A DNA stretch of 64,000 nt from Malacoraja senta (lineage: Eukaryota). Location of the stretch: NCBI GenBank assembly GCA_038087875.1, contig CM075988.1, positions 2,046,001 to 2,110,000 of the forward strand, given 5' to 3'. Positions 25,440 to 38,681 of this stretch are shown in pieces. The position numbers were made by a program, and so were the translations under genes. Under the pieces are notes generated by a model. The model made no database searches and had not been told where the DNA came from. It saw nothing but the letters and a program-made list of their open reading frames with translations. Numbering within the stretch: position 1 is the first letter of the stretch; every line of letters begins with the position of its first letter.

Positions 25440-26800
25440 TCTTTCTTGATTTCTCATTTATCGAGGGAAAACTCTCTTCATGTGTCTGGCCTGCCAAACT
25501 CTTTAATGGTTTTGTAAGTTTCAATGACATTTCCTTCATTCTTTTACATTCTATTTAGGTTAGGAGTCTAAAACTGTATTAAATACTCCAGGTAGTGGTC
25601 TCACCAAGGCACTATACAAATGCAATAAGATTCCTTGGTTGTCAAACCTCAAGTTATAAAGTCACGAAAGCAATTGCCTCCCTTATTGCCTGTTGCACCT
25701 GCATTCAGTGACATGTGTATAAGCTCTCCCTCGTCCCAATGAACATCCACAGCACCAGATCTTTCACCATTGATGCTCTAATTTCTGTTATGTTCACCAA
25801 GAATTGACGCCATCAAATTTTCCCATCTGCTGTCTTGTCAACCTTTCAGTTTGTCTATATTCCCTTCACATCCTTCTATAAACTCACAATATGCCTCTTA
25901 TTGATCAGTCTGATGAAGGGTCTCGACCCGAAACATCACCCATGCCTCTCCAGAGATGCTGCCTGTGTCACTCCAGCTTTTTGTGTCTATCTTCGATTTA
26001 ACCCAAAATACGCAGTTCCTTTCTACACATGCTTCATTAAATATTTCATCTCCTCAGCAAGACAGTTGACAGTAATTGTGAAGAGCTGATCCCCATTTCA
26101 GTTCCTGTGGTACCTAATGAGTCACAGCCCGATAACTGGAGACATCCCTATTGATGTGCACTCTTTGCTTTTTGTCTGTTAATAATTTTACTGATTCCAT
26201 GTGTTCTATTCTTATTGAACAACCTCCTGTACGAGAACTTATCAAAAACCTTCCAAAAATCCTCACACACCACATCCATCGGTTCTCATTGATTTTACTG
26301 TCACATCCTCAATGAACTCCAGTAGATTTGTCAAACATGATTCTGCAATCATAAATCCATGTTGACTCAGCCCAATCCTGTTATTTTTTAAAAGGTGATC
26401 TATAATTACGTCTCTCCTTGTAGATTCTGGTGCTTTCCCTACCACAGACATTAGACCAACAGATTGGCAGTTTCTGTTTTATCTCTCCGTCCTTTTTTGA
26501 AGGATGAGGTCACATTTCCTTCCCTCCTAGACACAGGAATAATCCATGAACCTTTGGAACTCTGGAAGATGACAAGCAGAGCATTAACTTCTGTAAAGCC
26601 GTCTCCATCAAAATGCTAGAATGTAGATATTCAGATCTATCAATTTATCTGCTGCTATGTTTTGATTAATCCTTATTTCCTTCAGGTCTTCATTCTTGGG
26701 TTCTCTAATATACTTGGCAGGTTTTGTGCATCATTGTGAAGGCAGATGTACAGTAATTGTTTAATTCTTCTTCCATTCCCTTACTCCCCAAAATAAATCC
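25440..26800 (-). mobile_element. Old CR1 fragments with a Penelope pLTR insert (~25905-26030)
   Basis: SQHGFM..SCLTNLLEFIEDVT; insert carries CTGATGAAGGGTCTCGACCCGAAAC. Confidence 0.65.
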
Positions 26801-27174
26801 CCATTGGCCCTAGACCTCAGCACTCAATGCAACAGTAGCAGATAATCTTCGTCCCATTTACCTGCACATGGTCTAGGAGCTGGCAATTCAAGTGTCCACC
26901 CACATATATTTACAATGCTTTAAGAGCCTCAGTCATCACCATTCACACCGCCAGTCCATTCCAAATTCCAGCCACCTCTGAGTGCAAAGGTTCTTCCTCA
27001 GATCCCTCGATACTATTTCACCTTTACCCCCAAATCTCTGCCTTCTTGTTTTATATACCTCTGCTGTGAAATATTTGTTTTCCGGTTCAGTATCAATACC
27101 CTCATAATTCTGCCCCTCAGTCAGGTCATCCCTCACTCTGAACTCCACGTAAAGGAAACGCAGCCTACCTAGTC

Positions 27175-27550
27175 TCGTTTGATCAGCCGAGAAGGTTGTT
27201 GGCTGCAACCTTCCCCCCCATCGATGAACTGTACACTGCAAGGGCCAGGAAGCGAGCAGGTAAGATCATCTCTAACCCCTCTCACCCTGGCTACAAACTC
27301 TTTGAAGCACTTCCCTCTGGAAGGCGACTCCAGACTGTCAAAGCTGCCACGAGCAGCAGCTCTACTCAACAACCAAAAGTCTGTAGCCTCCTTTTGCTCT
27401 GGTATTTTACTCTTCATATGTTTAAATTATAATGTTTTATACTTAATTGTTTACTGTATATTGTGTTGTTACTTGCGAGCAAAGCACCAAGGCAAATTCC
27501 TTGTATGTGTACATACTTGGCTAATAACATTTATTCAATTCAATTCACTT
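27175..27550 (+). mobile_element. Rex1-like LINE 3' end
   Basis: RARKRAGKIISNPSHPGYKLFEALPSGRR; (ATTCA)n tail. Confidence 0.75.
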
Positions 27551-27943
27551 CAGTTCATCACTGCATCTCAAAAAACCTGGTGATGAAGCTCCTCTGCATC
27601 ACACACTGACACTGTACACCATGCTCCAACCGCGACCTGACCAATATTATGTAAAGTTGTACTGTAACTCCCTGCTCTTATATTCTGTGCACCGTATCTA
27701 CTTGTGGTGCCACCATCAGAGACCCTTGGACATACAGCAGATTCTTTTCTTTCTACCACACTCCCTAGGGCCTACCATTCATTCTGTCCTATTACCTTTA
27801 AAGAACCATAATGTCTCTTTTTCTTTACACCACTCAATATCCTTCCATTTATTGTATATTACCCTGTTCCTGTTGTATCTCTCCAATGCATTCTCTCACA
27901 CTTGCTTAAACCTTGCTTCTCTCTGGCTTAAATTCTATTTGCT

Positions 27944-28166
27944 TAAGAAGGAACTGCAGATGCTGGAAAATCTAAGGTAGAGAAAAGTGCTGGAGAAACT
28001 CAGCGGGTGCAGCAGCAACTATGTAGCGAAGGAAATAGGCAACGTTTCGGCCCGAAACCCTTCTTCAGACTCAAGAAGGGTTTCGGCCCGAAACGTTGCC
28101 TATTTCCTTCGTTCCATAGATGCTGCTGCATCCGCTGAGTTTCTCCAGCACTTTTGTCTACCTTCG
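27944..28166. mobile_element. Near-perfect fold-back Penelope pLTR-derived element
   Basis: ~95-bp inverted arms around 28070; ATTTGCT at 27937-27943 and 28167-28173. Confidence 0.85.
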
Positions 28167-29322
28167 ATTTGCTATTGTTCTCTTCAATTTACCATGTTCT
28201 TGCAATCTATACTTTTTCTTCTCATTAGCAACTCCACAACCAATTTTAGTTTCAGCAGAAATAGCTGAAACTATTTCTTCTTTATTTCCTGCTTGCTTCT
28301 TTTAACAGCCTGCGAAATATTTCATCCCAAAGACGTACGTGCAGGTTTGTAGGTTAACTGGCCTCCGTAAATTGCCCCTAGTGTGTGGAGAGTGGATGAG
28401 AAAGTGGGATAACATAGAACTAGTGTGAACGATGGTTGGCGTGGACTCGGTGGGCTGAAGGGTATGTTTCCATGCTGTATCTCTAAACTAACTAAAAGGT
28501 CAAATTTTCAAAACACAAAACTTCCTCTCTTAGCAAGTCATTCCATTAATTTTCCCTTTCTCCCCTCTTCCTGGCCCTCTGCCCTTCACTCTCCTCTCTC
28601 TTCCTTCTCCTCCCTGCCTCTTTACCTTCTCTTCCTCCTCTTCACCCCCATTCTCCCAGGATGTGGAGAAATACTGCTGGAGTTATCACAGCACAAAGCA
28701 TCTGCAAACAGGGTCACAGCTCAGTCGGCCTTGAACCCATTGGTATTTGGTCTGAATTATTATCTGGCACTGAGAATCCATGTTATAAACACACAAGCAA
28801 TGAGAAACCAGCCAGCACAAATGTAAAGTCTCCAATCTCCTGCCTCCAGTAAGTGCTGTCTGGCCTTACATCCTTGCTACTGTATACAGGCCATTGACAA
28901 TGTGACAACTAATCAGAATAGGTGGAAACCGAAGACAAGACTTGCAGAAGATGCACACAATACGTGTGGCACCCATGGACAGAACAAAATAGGCTGATGC
29001 CAATATAACTCAGGGTTGTCAGCTGCAGTACAGGGACAGATAATACCCGCTGCATCACTGTCCGCTCCAGCATAACCCAACACCAGATTGCCCCATTCTC
29101 CCTCATTCGTATAGTGGGAGTTCAGTAACATAAATTGTCATTCACAACCTAAAGCTACCATCTGCAAAGTCTGCAACTCCACCCTCTCACAAATGGGTGG
29201 TTGTGTTATCATTGACTTTGGCCATTACAGACTGAGCTAGGGTGACCCTGACTGATTTAGGCAACGTCTTCCTTTGAGTATCCTTGGACACCAACATCAT
29301 CATCTTATTCCAACCTTTGGAG

Positions 29323-29986
29323 CAGGTATCGGCAACCTACGGCCCACATGTCAAATGCGGCCTGTAACTCGAAATCATCCGGCCCGCAGTCGTATTTTTT
29401 TTGCTGCAGGACCATTCTGGCCAGCAGACAGAGAGGGGTGAGTCCGTAATGGTCGTCTCCCAAGCTGCCTGCCCTTCTCTGTTTTTGTTGTTTTGAGTGT
29501 GTGTTAAGGGTATGTTTAGGTGTTACTTCGTATGTTTTATGTGGGGGAGGATGCAGGGAATAGGGGGAAACTTTTCTTGTTGTGTTGCAATCCGTCCCAA
29601 CGCCGGAGTTTCGATCATCCCGACGAGATGATCTGAACATCGGGCCGTCGTCACAGTGCGGAATGTCGCTTCCACTGTAGTCGATGCTTATGTTAAATTG
29701 TGTCAAATGGTTGTGTTAAATTAAATCATTGTTTTTGTACAATAAACACGAAGTTGATCTTAAGATTCCATAGATGCTACCTCACCCGCTGAGTTTCTCC
29801 AGCATTTTTGTCTACCCTAAGATCCTTGAGGGTTGTTTCAATACCAGTGTCTCAAACTAACTGCTATGTTCAGGAGCCATAATATTTTTTAAATATATAA
29901 ATAAGTCAAAGTTTATTAACTATGGTGATAGATGTGGCCCTCCAACCACTCACAGACCCGGGACCCAGCACGTAGGCAGACCCCTG
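29323..29986. mobile_element. Non-autonomous hAT DNA transposon with nested inserts
   Basis: CAGGTATCGGCAACCTACG...CGTAGGCAGACCCCTG termini; 8-bp TSD CTTTGGAG/CTATGGAG. Confidence 0.75.
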
Positions 29987-30049
29987 CTATGGAGTGAGTT
30001 TCTCTCAGAACATCAGGGTTTCTGTTAGAATTAAACTAGGACATGAGAG

Positions 30050-31106
30050 GGCAATCTCCTTGAATACGCTGGGATGCAGACCATCAGGCCCTGGGGATTT
30101 ATCTGCCAATGTCCCAACAGTTTACCAAACACCATTTTCTGACTAATGTGGATTCCGTTCAGTTCCTCCCTCCCACTAGATCCTCGGTCCCACAGTATTT
30201 CTGGGAGATTGCTTGTGTCTTTCTTAGTGAAGACAGAACCAAAGTACTCATTTAACTGTTCTGCCATTTCCTTGTTCCCCAATATAAATACACCTGTCTC
30301 TGACTGTAAGGGACCTACATTCGTCTTCACTAATCTTTTCCATACCTAAATAAGCTTGTACAGTCAGTTTATAAAATCCCCGCAAGCTTTCCTTCATGCT
30401 CCCCCCCCCCCTCCCTCTTAATTAACCCCTTTGTCCTCCTCTGTTCTAAATTTCTCCCAGTCCTGTGGTTTGCTGCTTCTTCTGGCCAATTAATATGCCT
30501 CTTCCTTGGATTTAACACTATCCTTGACTTCCCTCGTCAGTCACGGTTGAGCCGCCTTCCCAGGTTTATTTTTTCGCCAGACAGCGATGAACAATTTCTG
30601 GAGTTCATCCGTGCGGTCTTTAAATCTTCGCCATTGCATCTCCACTGTCGACCCTTTAAGTATAATTTGCCAGTCTATCCTAGCCAATGCCTGCCTCATA
30701 CCTTCAAAATCTCCTTTATTCAAGTTCAGGACCCTAGTCTCTGAATGAACTGTGTCACTCCTGTGTCCTCCTCCTCAACGCTGCTACCAATTTGGTTGGC
30801 CCAATCTATATGTAGATTAAAGTCACCCATGATAACCGCTGTACCTTTGCTACACACATACCTAATTTCCTGGTTGATGCTATCCCCAACCTCCCTACTG
30901 CTGTTTGGTGGTCTGTATACAACCCCAACAAGCGTTTTCTGCCCTTGGCTATTTCACTGTTCTACCCATACCGATTCTACAGCATCCAAGTTAATGTCTC
31001 TCCTTGCTATTGCATTAATCTCCGCTTTAACCTGCAATGCCACCCCACCTCCTCTTCATTTCTGTCTATCCTTCCTGAATATCGAATATCCCTACATGTT
31101 TAGCTC
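30050..31106 (-). mobile_element. CR1 ORF2 fragment
   Basis: NKGDFEGMRQALARIDW, NVGPLQSETG; close to 2660-3840. Confidence 0.88.
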
Positions 31107-31969
31107 AATGTTGGAATGTTGGCTAAGAATCACTTAGAGTCTGGATTTACAGAGGGAGAGGAGGGGTAAGTATTGGGGGGTGGGGGGAGAGATGGGATTC
31201 AGTTGGAAGTGTGTACGGGGGAAGGTCAGACAGTCTTAAGCGATAGGAGTAGAATTAAGCCATTGGGCCCCATCAAGTCTACTCCGCCATTCATTCATGG
31301 CTGATTTATCTCTCCCTCCTAACCCCATTCCCCTGCCTTCTCCCCTTAAGGGGTAAGGAGCAGGGTGATAAAGTTCTGGGGAATAGGATAAGAAGGGGGT
31401 GTGAGAAAGGACGAGAGATAGGAGGAGAGAAAAAATGACAGTAGAGGAGGAGTTTACCTGAAATTTGAGGTTTCAATGTTCATGCTGTCGGGTTGCAGAT
31501 TACCCACGCAGAATATGATGTACTGTTCCTCTAGTTTGTATTTGGTCTCACCTTGTTAGTGGAGTTAATTTAATGCCCACTCCAGGCAGATGTACAGTGG
31601 CCAAACTTTTATTCAGAATTTATTTTGCGTCAATTAAAAAACGATCATTTTTTCCCGTTATCTATCTTTTACTTGCTCTCTTCTCTTTTTTTTGCCTCAT
31701 ATTCACTTTTTGTTTTGCCCTCTATCTTTTTCCTCTCCCAATGAGAGGTTGGTTAACAAGCTGTGAGGACAATCGTCAGCCTGCAAAATTATCTTGGTCA
31801 TGAAAGTGGTTTGCTGATGTGGAGGAATGTGGAGCATCTACTTTAGAAAATAGAATGGGGAAAACTGGTTTTTATTTACATTGCAACTATACAAAGGCAT
31901 GGAGGGTCCAAATGCATGAAGCACAAACAGCAGACATGCAGGTACAGCAAGTAATGAAGAAGGTTAATG

Positions 31970-32225
31970 AAATAAAAAGAAGACACAAAGTGCTGGAGCA
32001 ACTCAGTGGGTCTGGCTGCACCCCTGGAGAATATGGATAGGTGATGTTTTGGGTCGGGAGCCTTCTTCAGAATGATTGTCTGAATCAGTTACAATCGGTC
32101 TGAAGAAGGGTCACCACCCAAAACATCACCTATCCATGCTCTCAAGATTGCTGCCTGACCCGCTGAGTTACTCCAGCACTTTGTGGCCTTTTTTTGTAAA
32201 CCAGAATCTGCAGTTCCTTGTTTCT
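31970..32225. mobile_element. Fold-back Penelope pLTR-derived insert inside an old CR1
   Basis: Inverted arms; 10-bp duplication AAGGTTAATG at 31960-31969 and 32226-32235. Confidence 0.75.
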
Positions 32226-33829
32226 AAGGTTAATGGAATGTTGGTCTTTATTGGAAAGGGCAAGGGGTTTAAAAGTAGGGGAGATCTGAGGCAAATTTAC
32301 AAAGTGCTGGTGATATACTTGCTCTGGGGCAGTGCAAAGTCCAGTGGTTAGCTCCTGGGGTGAAGCAGTGCTGATGGAGGGGGGCTGAGCAGGAGAATAA
32401 AGCAACTTGTTGAAACCGAGGGTTGACACGGTAGATAGTGAGAGGACGTTTCACCCGCTGGGAGTATTTAGAACAAGAGGGGGGGAGAAAGGGGGTCACC
32501 TCCTCAACATGGTACTGGGGCATAAAGCTGATGATGGAGGATTGGCCTCAATCAAAGCATGAGACAGGAATAATTTATAATCCCACTGACTAGTAACAAT
32601 CCTGAGTCCCACACTACCATTTTACCTGATGTAAAAAAACTGCAAATGCTGGCAAACTGATGTTAGTCTGAAACATTAACCCTGTTTCTACCTTCATAGG
32701 TGCTGCCTGACCTGCTGAATTAACCTCCTGGGATGAATAAAGTTTTAGCGCATTGTATTGTATCAAAAGTCCCCAGCATTTCCGGATTTTGTTTCAGCTT
32801 TGCATTTTTTAAAATCTGCAATGAATATGGTCTCACTGTGCTCAGTAGTGGGATCCGGTCAAGGTGGCCAGGGTAGTGGAGGTGAATACTGACAAGCTGG
32901 TGCGTGGTGGCTGCAGTCACCACTGTGCTGCACTGGAGGGGAGGAGAGAGGGCGATAGTGATCGGGGAATCGATTGAAAGGGGGAGCAGACACCTACACG
33001 TTTCTGCAGCTGGAATGGAATGGAATGTTGTCTCAGTGTGCCTCAACAGGGGAAAGAGAGAATCAGTAACCATGGTATGTATCTGAGCACAGAATGCCAC
33101 AGGAGATCCTTTTTCCCTGTGGCTATCAAACTGTACAATTCCTCCCCCTTCTGTCATGGGATAGACTGACTCCCCTATCCCCCCCCCCCCTACAAACCTC
33201 CCCAATCTTTGCACATCCCCAATCCTGGACTTATCACTTTAATTTCATGGATCTTGTTGCGTTTCATGACTGTTGGCAGACCAATTTCCCTCTTGGGATA
33301 AATAAAATTCTATCGTATCATATCGTACCGTATATCGTTAAAAAAATGTCAGGCATGATTCTGACTTTGGAACAGGTAATAAAAGGAATGAAGTCCTACA
33401 AGTTTAATACAGGGAGCTCAGAAGTAAATTAAAAAAAATAGCACCTAAAGATAGTAATCTCAGGATTACTACCAGTGGCACATGCTAGCCATAGTAAAAA
33501 TAGATGATTAAATAAGGTAATCACGTGGCCTGAGGAATGCGAAAGTGAAGAAATTAAAATTCTTGGGCTACTGAAACTGTTTTGGAGGAATTCAAAGTAC
33601 AATTTAATCATGGGTGACATAAAATAGGTTAACAATGCTATCAGTAACAACACCATGGAGGAGGGATTACTGGAATGTATATTGATGGCTTTATGAACCA
33701 ATATATTGAGAAGAGTGAACTAGTGGCAGAGAAATTATGTTAGGGAAATTGATAGGATTGAAGACTGAAAAATCCCTTGTGCTTGATCATTTACGTTCCT
33801 GGTTATTTGATGAAATGGGCATAGAATTT

Positions 33830-34090
33830 GTTTAGTTTTAGAGATACAACTTGGAAACAGGTCCTTCAGCCCACCGAGTCCATACCGAGCATCAATCACC
33901 CATTCAACCAATTCTATGTAATCCCACTTGCTCATCCACTCACAACACACTCGGGACAATTTACAGAAGGTCAATTAACCTACAAACTCATACATCTTTG
34001 GGATGTGGGAGGAAATCATAGCACCCAGAGGAAAACACAAGCAATCACAGGGAGAACATGCAATCTCCACATAGAGACCACCCAATGTCA
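33830..34090 (-). mobile_element. V-domain SINE (partial)
   Basis: TTTGGGATGTGGGAGGAAA core; (TTTAG) tail. Confidence 0.75.
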
Positions 34091-34164
34091 GAATCATGCT
34101 TAACATTTAATTGAGTATGTATTTGGTAGAGTGAATGGTGAAAAATAATGTTGTGGTATATCTG

Positions 34165-34820
34165 GAAATGAAAAAGGCATTTGGCACATTGGCCTTCATC
34201 AGTCAGTGTATTGAGTATAGAAGTTGAGAGGTCATGTTGCAGTTGTATAAGACGTTGGTGAGGCCGCATTTAGAGTAATATGTTCAGTTCTGGGCACCAT
34301 GTTAGAGGAAAGATGTTGTCAAGCTGGAAAGTGTACAGAGAAGATTTACAAGGATGTTGCCTGGGCTAGAGGGACTGAGCTATAGGGATAGGCTGAGTAG
34401 GCTGGGACTCTATTCTTTGGAGCACAGAAGGATGAGGGTGATCTTGTTGAGATGTATAAAATCATGAGAGGAATAGATTGGGTAGATGCACAGAATCTCT
34501 TGCCCAGAGAATCGAGGTGAATCGAGGACCAGAGGACATAGGTTTAAGGTGAAGGGGGAAAGATTTAATAGGAATCTGAGGGGTAACATTTTCACACAAA
34601 GGGTGGTGGGTGGATGGAACAAGCTGCCAGAGGAGGCAGTTGAGGCAGGGACTATCCCAACATTTAAGAAAGTTAGACAGGTACATGGATAGGACAGGTT
34701 TGGAGAGATACAGACCAAACGTGGGCAGGTGGGACTAGTGTAGCTGGTACATGTTGGCCGGTGTTGGCAAGTTTGGCTGAAGGCCCTGTTTCCACACTGT
34801 ATCACTCTATGACTCTATGG
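34165..34820 (+). mobile_element. CR1 3' fragment
   Basis: RTRGHRFKVKGERFNRNLRGNIFTQRVV; (ACTCTATG)2 tail. Confidence 0.85.
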
Positions 34821-35289
34821 ACATTCACAAAAGCTGTTATCACATCCCACTCATGAGATTCCTGGGCAAAGTTAGAGCACTGGGATTGTTATCATTCACT
34901 GGATGGAAAACTGGTTTGTCAACAGGAAACAAACAGCAGGAATAAAAGGGTAGTTTAAATATGCCCACTATTTGCCATGCATATCAACATGGTGGCTGAG
35001 GGAATGAAATGCAACATCAATAAATTTGCACATGACACAAAGCTGAGTGGGAGAGTGAGATGTGAAGAAGATGAGAAAGGTTCCAGAATGACATAGACAG
35101 ATTGAGTGAGTGGGCAAGTGTAGGGCTGAAGCAGGATAATGTGGAGAAAGGTGAGGTTATCCCTTCTGGCAGAAACTGGAAGGCAGGTGACAGAATGTGG
35201 AAGAATGTTGACGGAGAAGAGGAAGTGTAATGGACTTGGATAACTTTGTAAAATAGTCAATGGAAGCAAGCATGTAGGTGCAATAGGTT

Positions 35290-36770
35290 ATGAAGACAGG
35301 AGAAACTGCAGATATTGGAATCTCAAGCAAAACACAAAGTGCTGGAGGAACTCAGCGGGGCAGGGAATGGATGGAAGGCATCAGTGGAGGGAATGGATGG
35401 AAGACATTTTGGATATGGAGTAGGGGGGGAACTGGAAAAGAGAGGTGGAGGTTAGACAAAGCCAAGCAAGTGATAGGTGAATACAGGTGAAGGAGTGTGA
35501 TTGGCAGATTGGTTGAGGCGAAAAGGAGATGGCTAAAGGCGAAAGGGAGACAAAAGGATGTCAGATAAGGAGTGAAGTGTAAAGCTGGAGGGAGGTATAT
35601 GGGCGGAAGGGGACAGGAAGAAGGGGAAAGGGGAATGAAAGGGAAATATGGACATGGGGATAGGAGATGAGCCTACGGAAAATGAGGAAAGGAACAAGGT
35701 GACGGGTTGATGCATTTGGGGGTGAATGAGGGGCAAGGGAAAGAGATGGCAGCCTGCATGTTATTTGAACTTGGAGTATTCATACTATTTGGTTGTAGGC
35801 TACCCAAGTGGAATATGTGGTGCTGTTCTTCTAGTTTACATGTGGCCTCACTCTGGCAATGGAGCTGGCTGAGGAGAGAAAGGTAATGGGAAGGGGAGTT
35901 AAAATGGATGGAAATGAGAGAGACGGTGTAGGTCTTACACCTCCTGCAGTTGCAGGGGAAAGTGTCTGGGAAATGGACGGGTTGGGTGGGAAAGGATGAA
36001 TGAATCAAGCAATTGTGGGGTGCGTGGTCTCTAAGGAAAGCAGAAAGGGATAGGATGGTGTGACTGGTGGTGAAATCAGATTGAAGGTGGCAGAAATGTT
36101 GGAGAATTAAGTATTGGGATGCAGAGGGGGGTGGGGAGGATCAGAGGAACTCTATCCTTGTCCTGTCTTGGGGAGGAGGAGAGAGAGCAGGACATTGGTG
36201 AACATGTGCTCCATCTGCCAAGTCCTGCTAGATCTCCCAGGTGCTAACCATTTTAACTCTTCCAATTCCCATACTGACCTTTCTGTCCTGGCTGTCCTCC
36301 ATTGCCATAGTGAGGCCACATGTAAACTGGAGGAACAGCACCTGATATTATGCTTGGGTAGCTTACAACCCAGCTGAATTGAATACTCCAACTCCAAATA
36401 ATACACTGAATCTCAGTTCCCTATAATCCTCCCTCTTTCCCTTCCCCTCGTCCCCTTCCACCCATAACCCTCCCTCTATCTTTACATTTCACTCTTCTCT
36501 CCTTATCTGACACTCTTTTGTTTCCTTTTCTCCTCTAACTTTTGTCACTCACTCCACCCATGTGCCGATCACCCCCTCACCTGTATCTACCTATTTTGCC
36601 CCACCTGTATCTACCAAATTTCCCCCACCCCACCTCTCCCTTCCAGTGTTCTCCACTGTACAAGAATCACTTTGAAGAAGGGTCCTGATACAAACTTTGT
36701 ATGCCCATTCCCTCCCTAAGTGCTGTCTGATCCACTGAGTTTCTCCAGCACTCTGTGTTTTGCTGAAGAA
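35290..36770. mobile_element. Penelope fragments in inverted arrangement
   Basis: GIY-YIG C-terminal remnant ATCKLEEQHLI..LGSLQP on both strands (35673-36008 minus, 36114-36377 plus) with pLTR-like ends. Confidence 0.75.
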
Positions 36771-37048
36771 TGCATATTGTGTAATAGTAACTGAGCTGGG
36801 ACGCCTTATTGCAATTACGCAGAGCTTTGCTGAGACCATATCCTGAGCACTGTGCGCAGTGTTTGTCTACTTATCTGAGGAAGGATGCTCTATGTATGGA
36901 GGGAGTGTAGCAAAGATTTGTCTGACCTACTCCTGGGATGGCAGGACTGATAGGGAGATTGGGCATATTCACCAGTTTACGAAGAAGAATGAGAACAAAA
37001 TGCCAACGGGACGGGACAGGCTTGATGTTCGCAATGGAATTAGCGGTC

Positions 37049-37585
37049 GTAGAAACATAGAAAATAGGTGCAGGAGTAGGGCATTCGGCCCTTCAAGCCA
37101 TTCAATGTGATCATCCACAATCAGTACCCCGTTCCTGCCTTGTCCCCATATCTCTTGATTCCGCTAGCCCTAAGAGCTCTATCTAACTCTCTTTTGAATG
37201 CATCCAGTGAATTGGCCTCCACCACCCTCTGAGGCAGAAAATTCCACAAATTCACAACTCTGTGTGAAAAAGTTTTTCCTCATCTCCATTCTAAATGGCC
37301 TACCCCTTATTCTTAAACTGTGGCCCCTGATTCTGGACTCCCCCAACATCGGGAACATGTTTCCTGCATCTAGCTTGTCCAACCCCTCAATAATGTTATG
37401 TTTCTATAAGATCCCCACTCATCCTTCCAAATTACAGTGGATACAAGCCCTGTCGTTCCATTCTTTCATCATATGACAGTCCAGCCATCCCGGGAATTAA
37501 CCTGTTGAACCTACGCTGCACTCCCTCAATAGCAAGAATGTCCTTCCTCAAATTAGGAGTCCAAAACTGCACACACAATACTCCA
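37049..37585 (-). mobile_element. CR1 3' fragment
   Basis: CVQFWTPNLRKDILAIEGVQRRF; 3' tail near 37050. Confidence 0.88.
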
Positions 37586-37710
37586 AGGTACACAAAAATG
37601 CTGGAGAAACTCAGCGGGTGCAGCAGCATCTATGGAGCTGCTGCACCCGCTGAGTTTCTCCAGCATTTTTGTGTACCTTCGATTTTCCAGCATCTGCAGT
37701 TCCTTCTTTA
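37586..37710. mobile_element. Short fold-back Penelope-derived insert
   Basis: Inverted arms; perfect 15-bp TSD ACACACAATACTCCA at 37571-37585 and 37711-37725. Confidence 0.85.
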
Positions 37711-38414
37711 ACACACAATACTCCAGGTGTGCTCACAACCCGAGCACATGGGAGTTACTATTCAGGATGGACATGAGAAGAAATGTCTTCACCCAAAGTG
37801 TTGAGCCTGTGGACCTCTCCATCACAGGATGCCATTGAAACCAAACACAATTTAAGACGAAGTTTGGTGCTAATGGTGAAAGAGATGAGGGGATACCGGC
37901 AGCGATAAGGAACACATTTGTATGATTAGTACTGACTTGTAGGGCAGACTCAAAGACTGAATGGCTTCATCCTGTTGCCACTGAGAACTGGTGTGTAGAA
38001 CTCTATTATGTTGCACTGGTCGGTGTTTTTGACTACAGGACACTGTCACACTGCTTGGGACTGGAGCGCTCCATGGCACCGCGCTCTGGATGTCGCCGGT
38101 CAGTGATAGAGCAGAGTGTCGCCACACTGGTGAGGGGTGTGAGACACTGGACAGTGGTTGACACTGGAGACAGACACTGGTCAGTGCACACACTGCGTTG
38201 GGCTCCGCGCGTCCCTGGCGCACGGCTATACCAAGCTCCCGGGACCTCTATCAAAGCGCCAAGTGCCGGAGTGGCTCTGTGCTGCCTGCCGGAGTTGACT
38301 GGGAGTGAGCGGGTGGAAGTTGAACCTGCTGCCCGGCTGGGCTGTCCCGTCCCGGGGGTCCCCCGCACCCGCAGCGCCCGGCGCGACCGAGAGGGGAGCG
38401 AGCAGCGCGCGTAC

Positions 38415-38559
38415 CGGCACAGGAGCGCAGCGGCAGCGGGCGGGTCAACGAGCCGCTCTCCCTCCACAGGATCTCCTCGATCATGAAGGTCTTGTAGCGC
38501 CGGCTGCTCGGCTGCTGCAGCCCCGGCACGAAGAGCCTCGGCGCGGCGGGACACTGCAT
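38415..38559 (-). CDS. BARX2: BARX2 exon 1 (48 codons + 1 nt; eh1-like motif FMIEEIL)
   Basis: MQCPAAPRLFVPGLQQPSSRRYKTFMIEEIL...RPLPLRSCA G|gtacgc; resembles the BARX2 N-terminus (RRYKTFMIDEIL, RPKPLHSC); splices in frame to exon 2. Confidence 0.92.
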
Positions 38560-38635
38560 GTTCACTGCCTCCAGCACACAAGCTCTCCAGCTTACGCGCC
38601 GCCCGCACTGAGTCCGCGGCTCCGCCCGCAGGCCC

Positions 38636-38681
38636 TTTATAAACAACAGCACCCGGCCCGGCACAGGCCGCCCATCAATCA
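38636..38681 (-). promoter_or_regulatory. Putative BARX2 core promoter: TGATTGAT, GC box, TATA box
   Basis: Minus strand TGATTGAT (38681-38674), GGGCGG (38673-38668), TATAAA (38641-38636), about 80 nt upstream of the ATG. Confidence 0.65.

Noticed and set aside
38560..38664. Upstream extension of the ORF-track 137-aa ORF
   Set aside because: It starts at a non-ATG codon upstream of the TATA box; BARX2 similarity starts at ATG 38559
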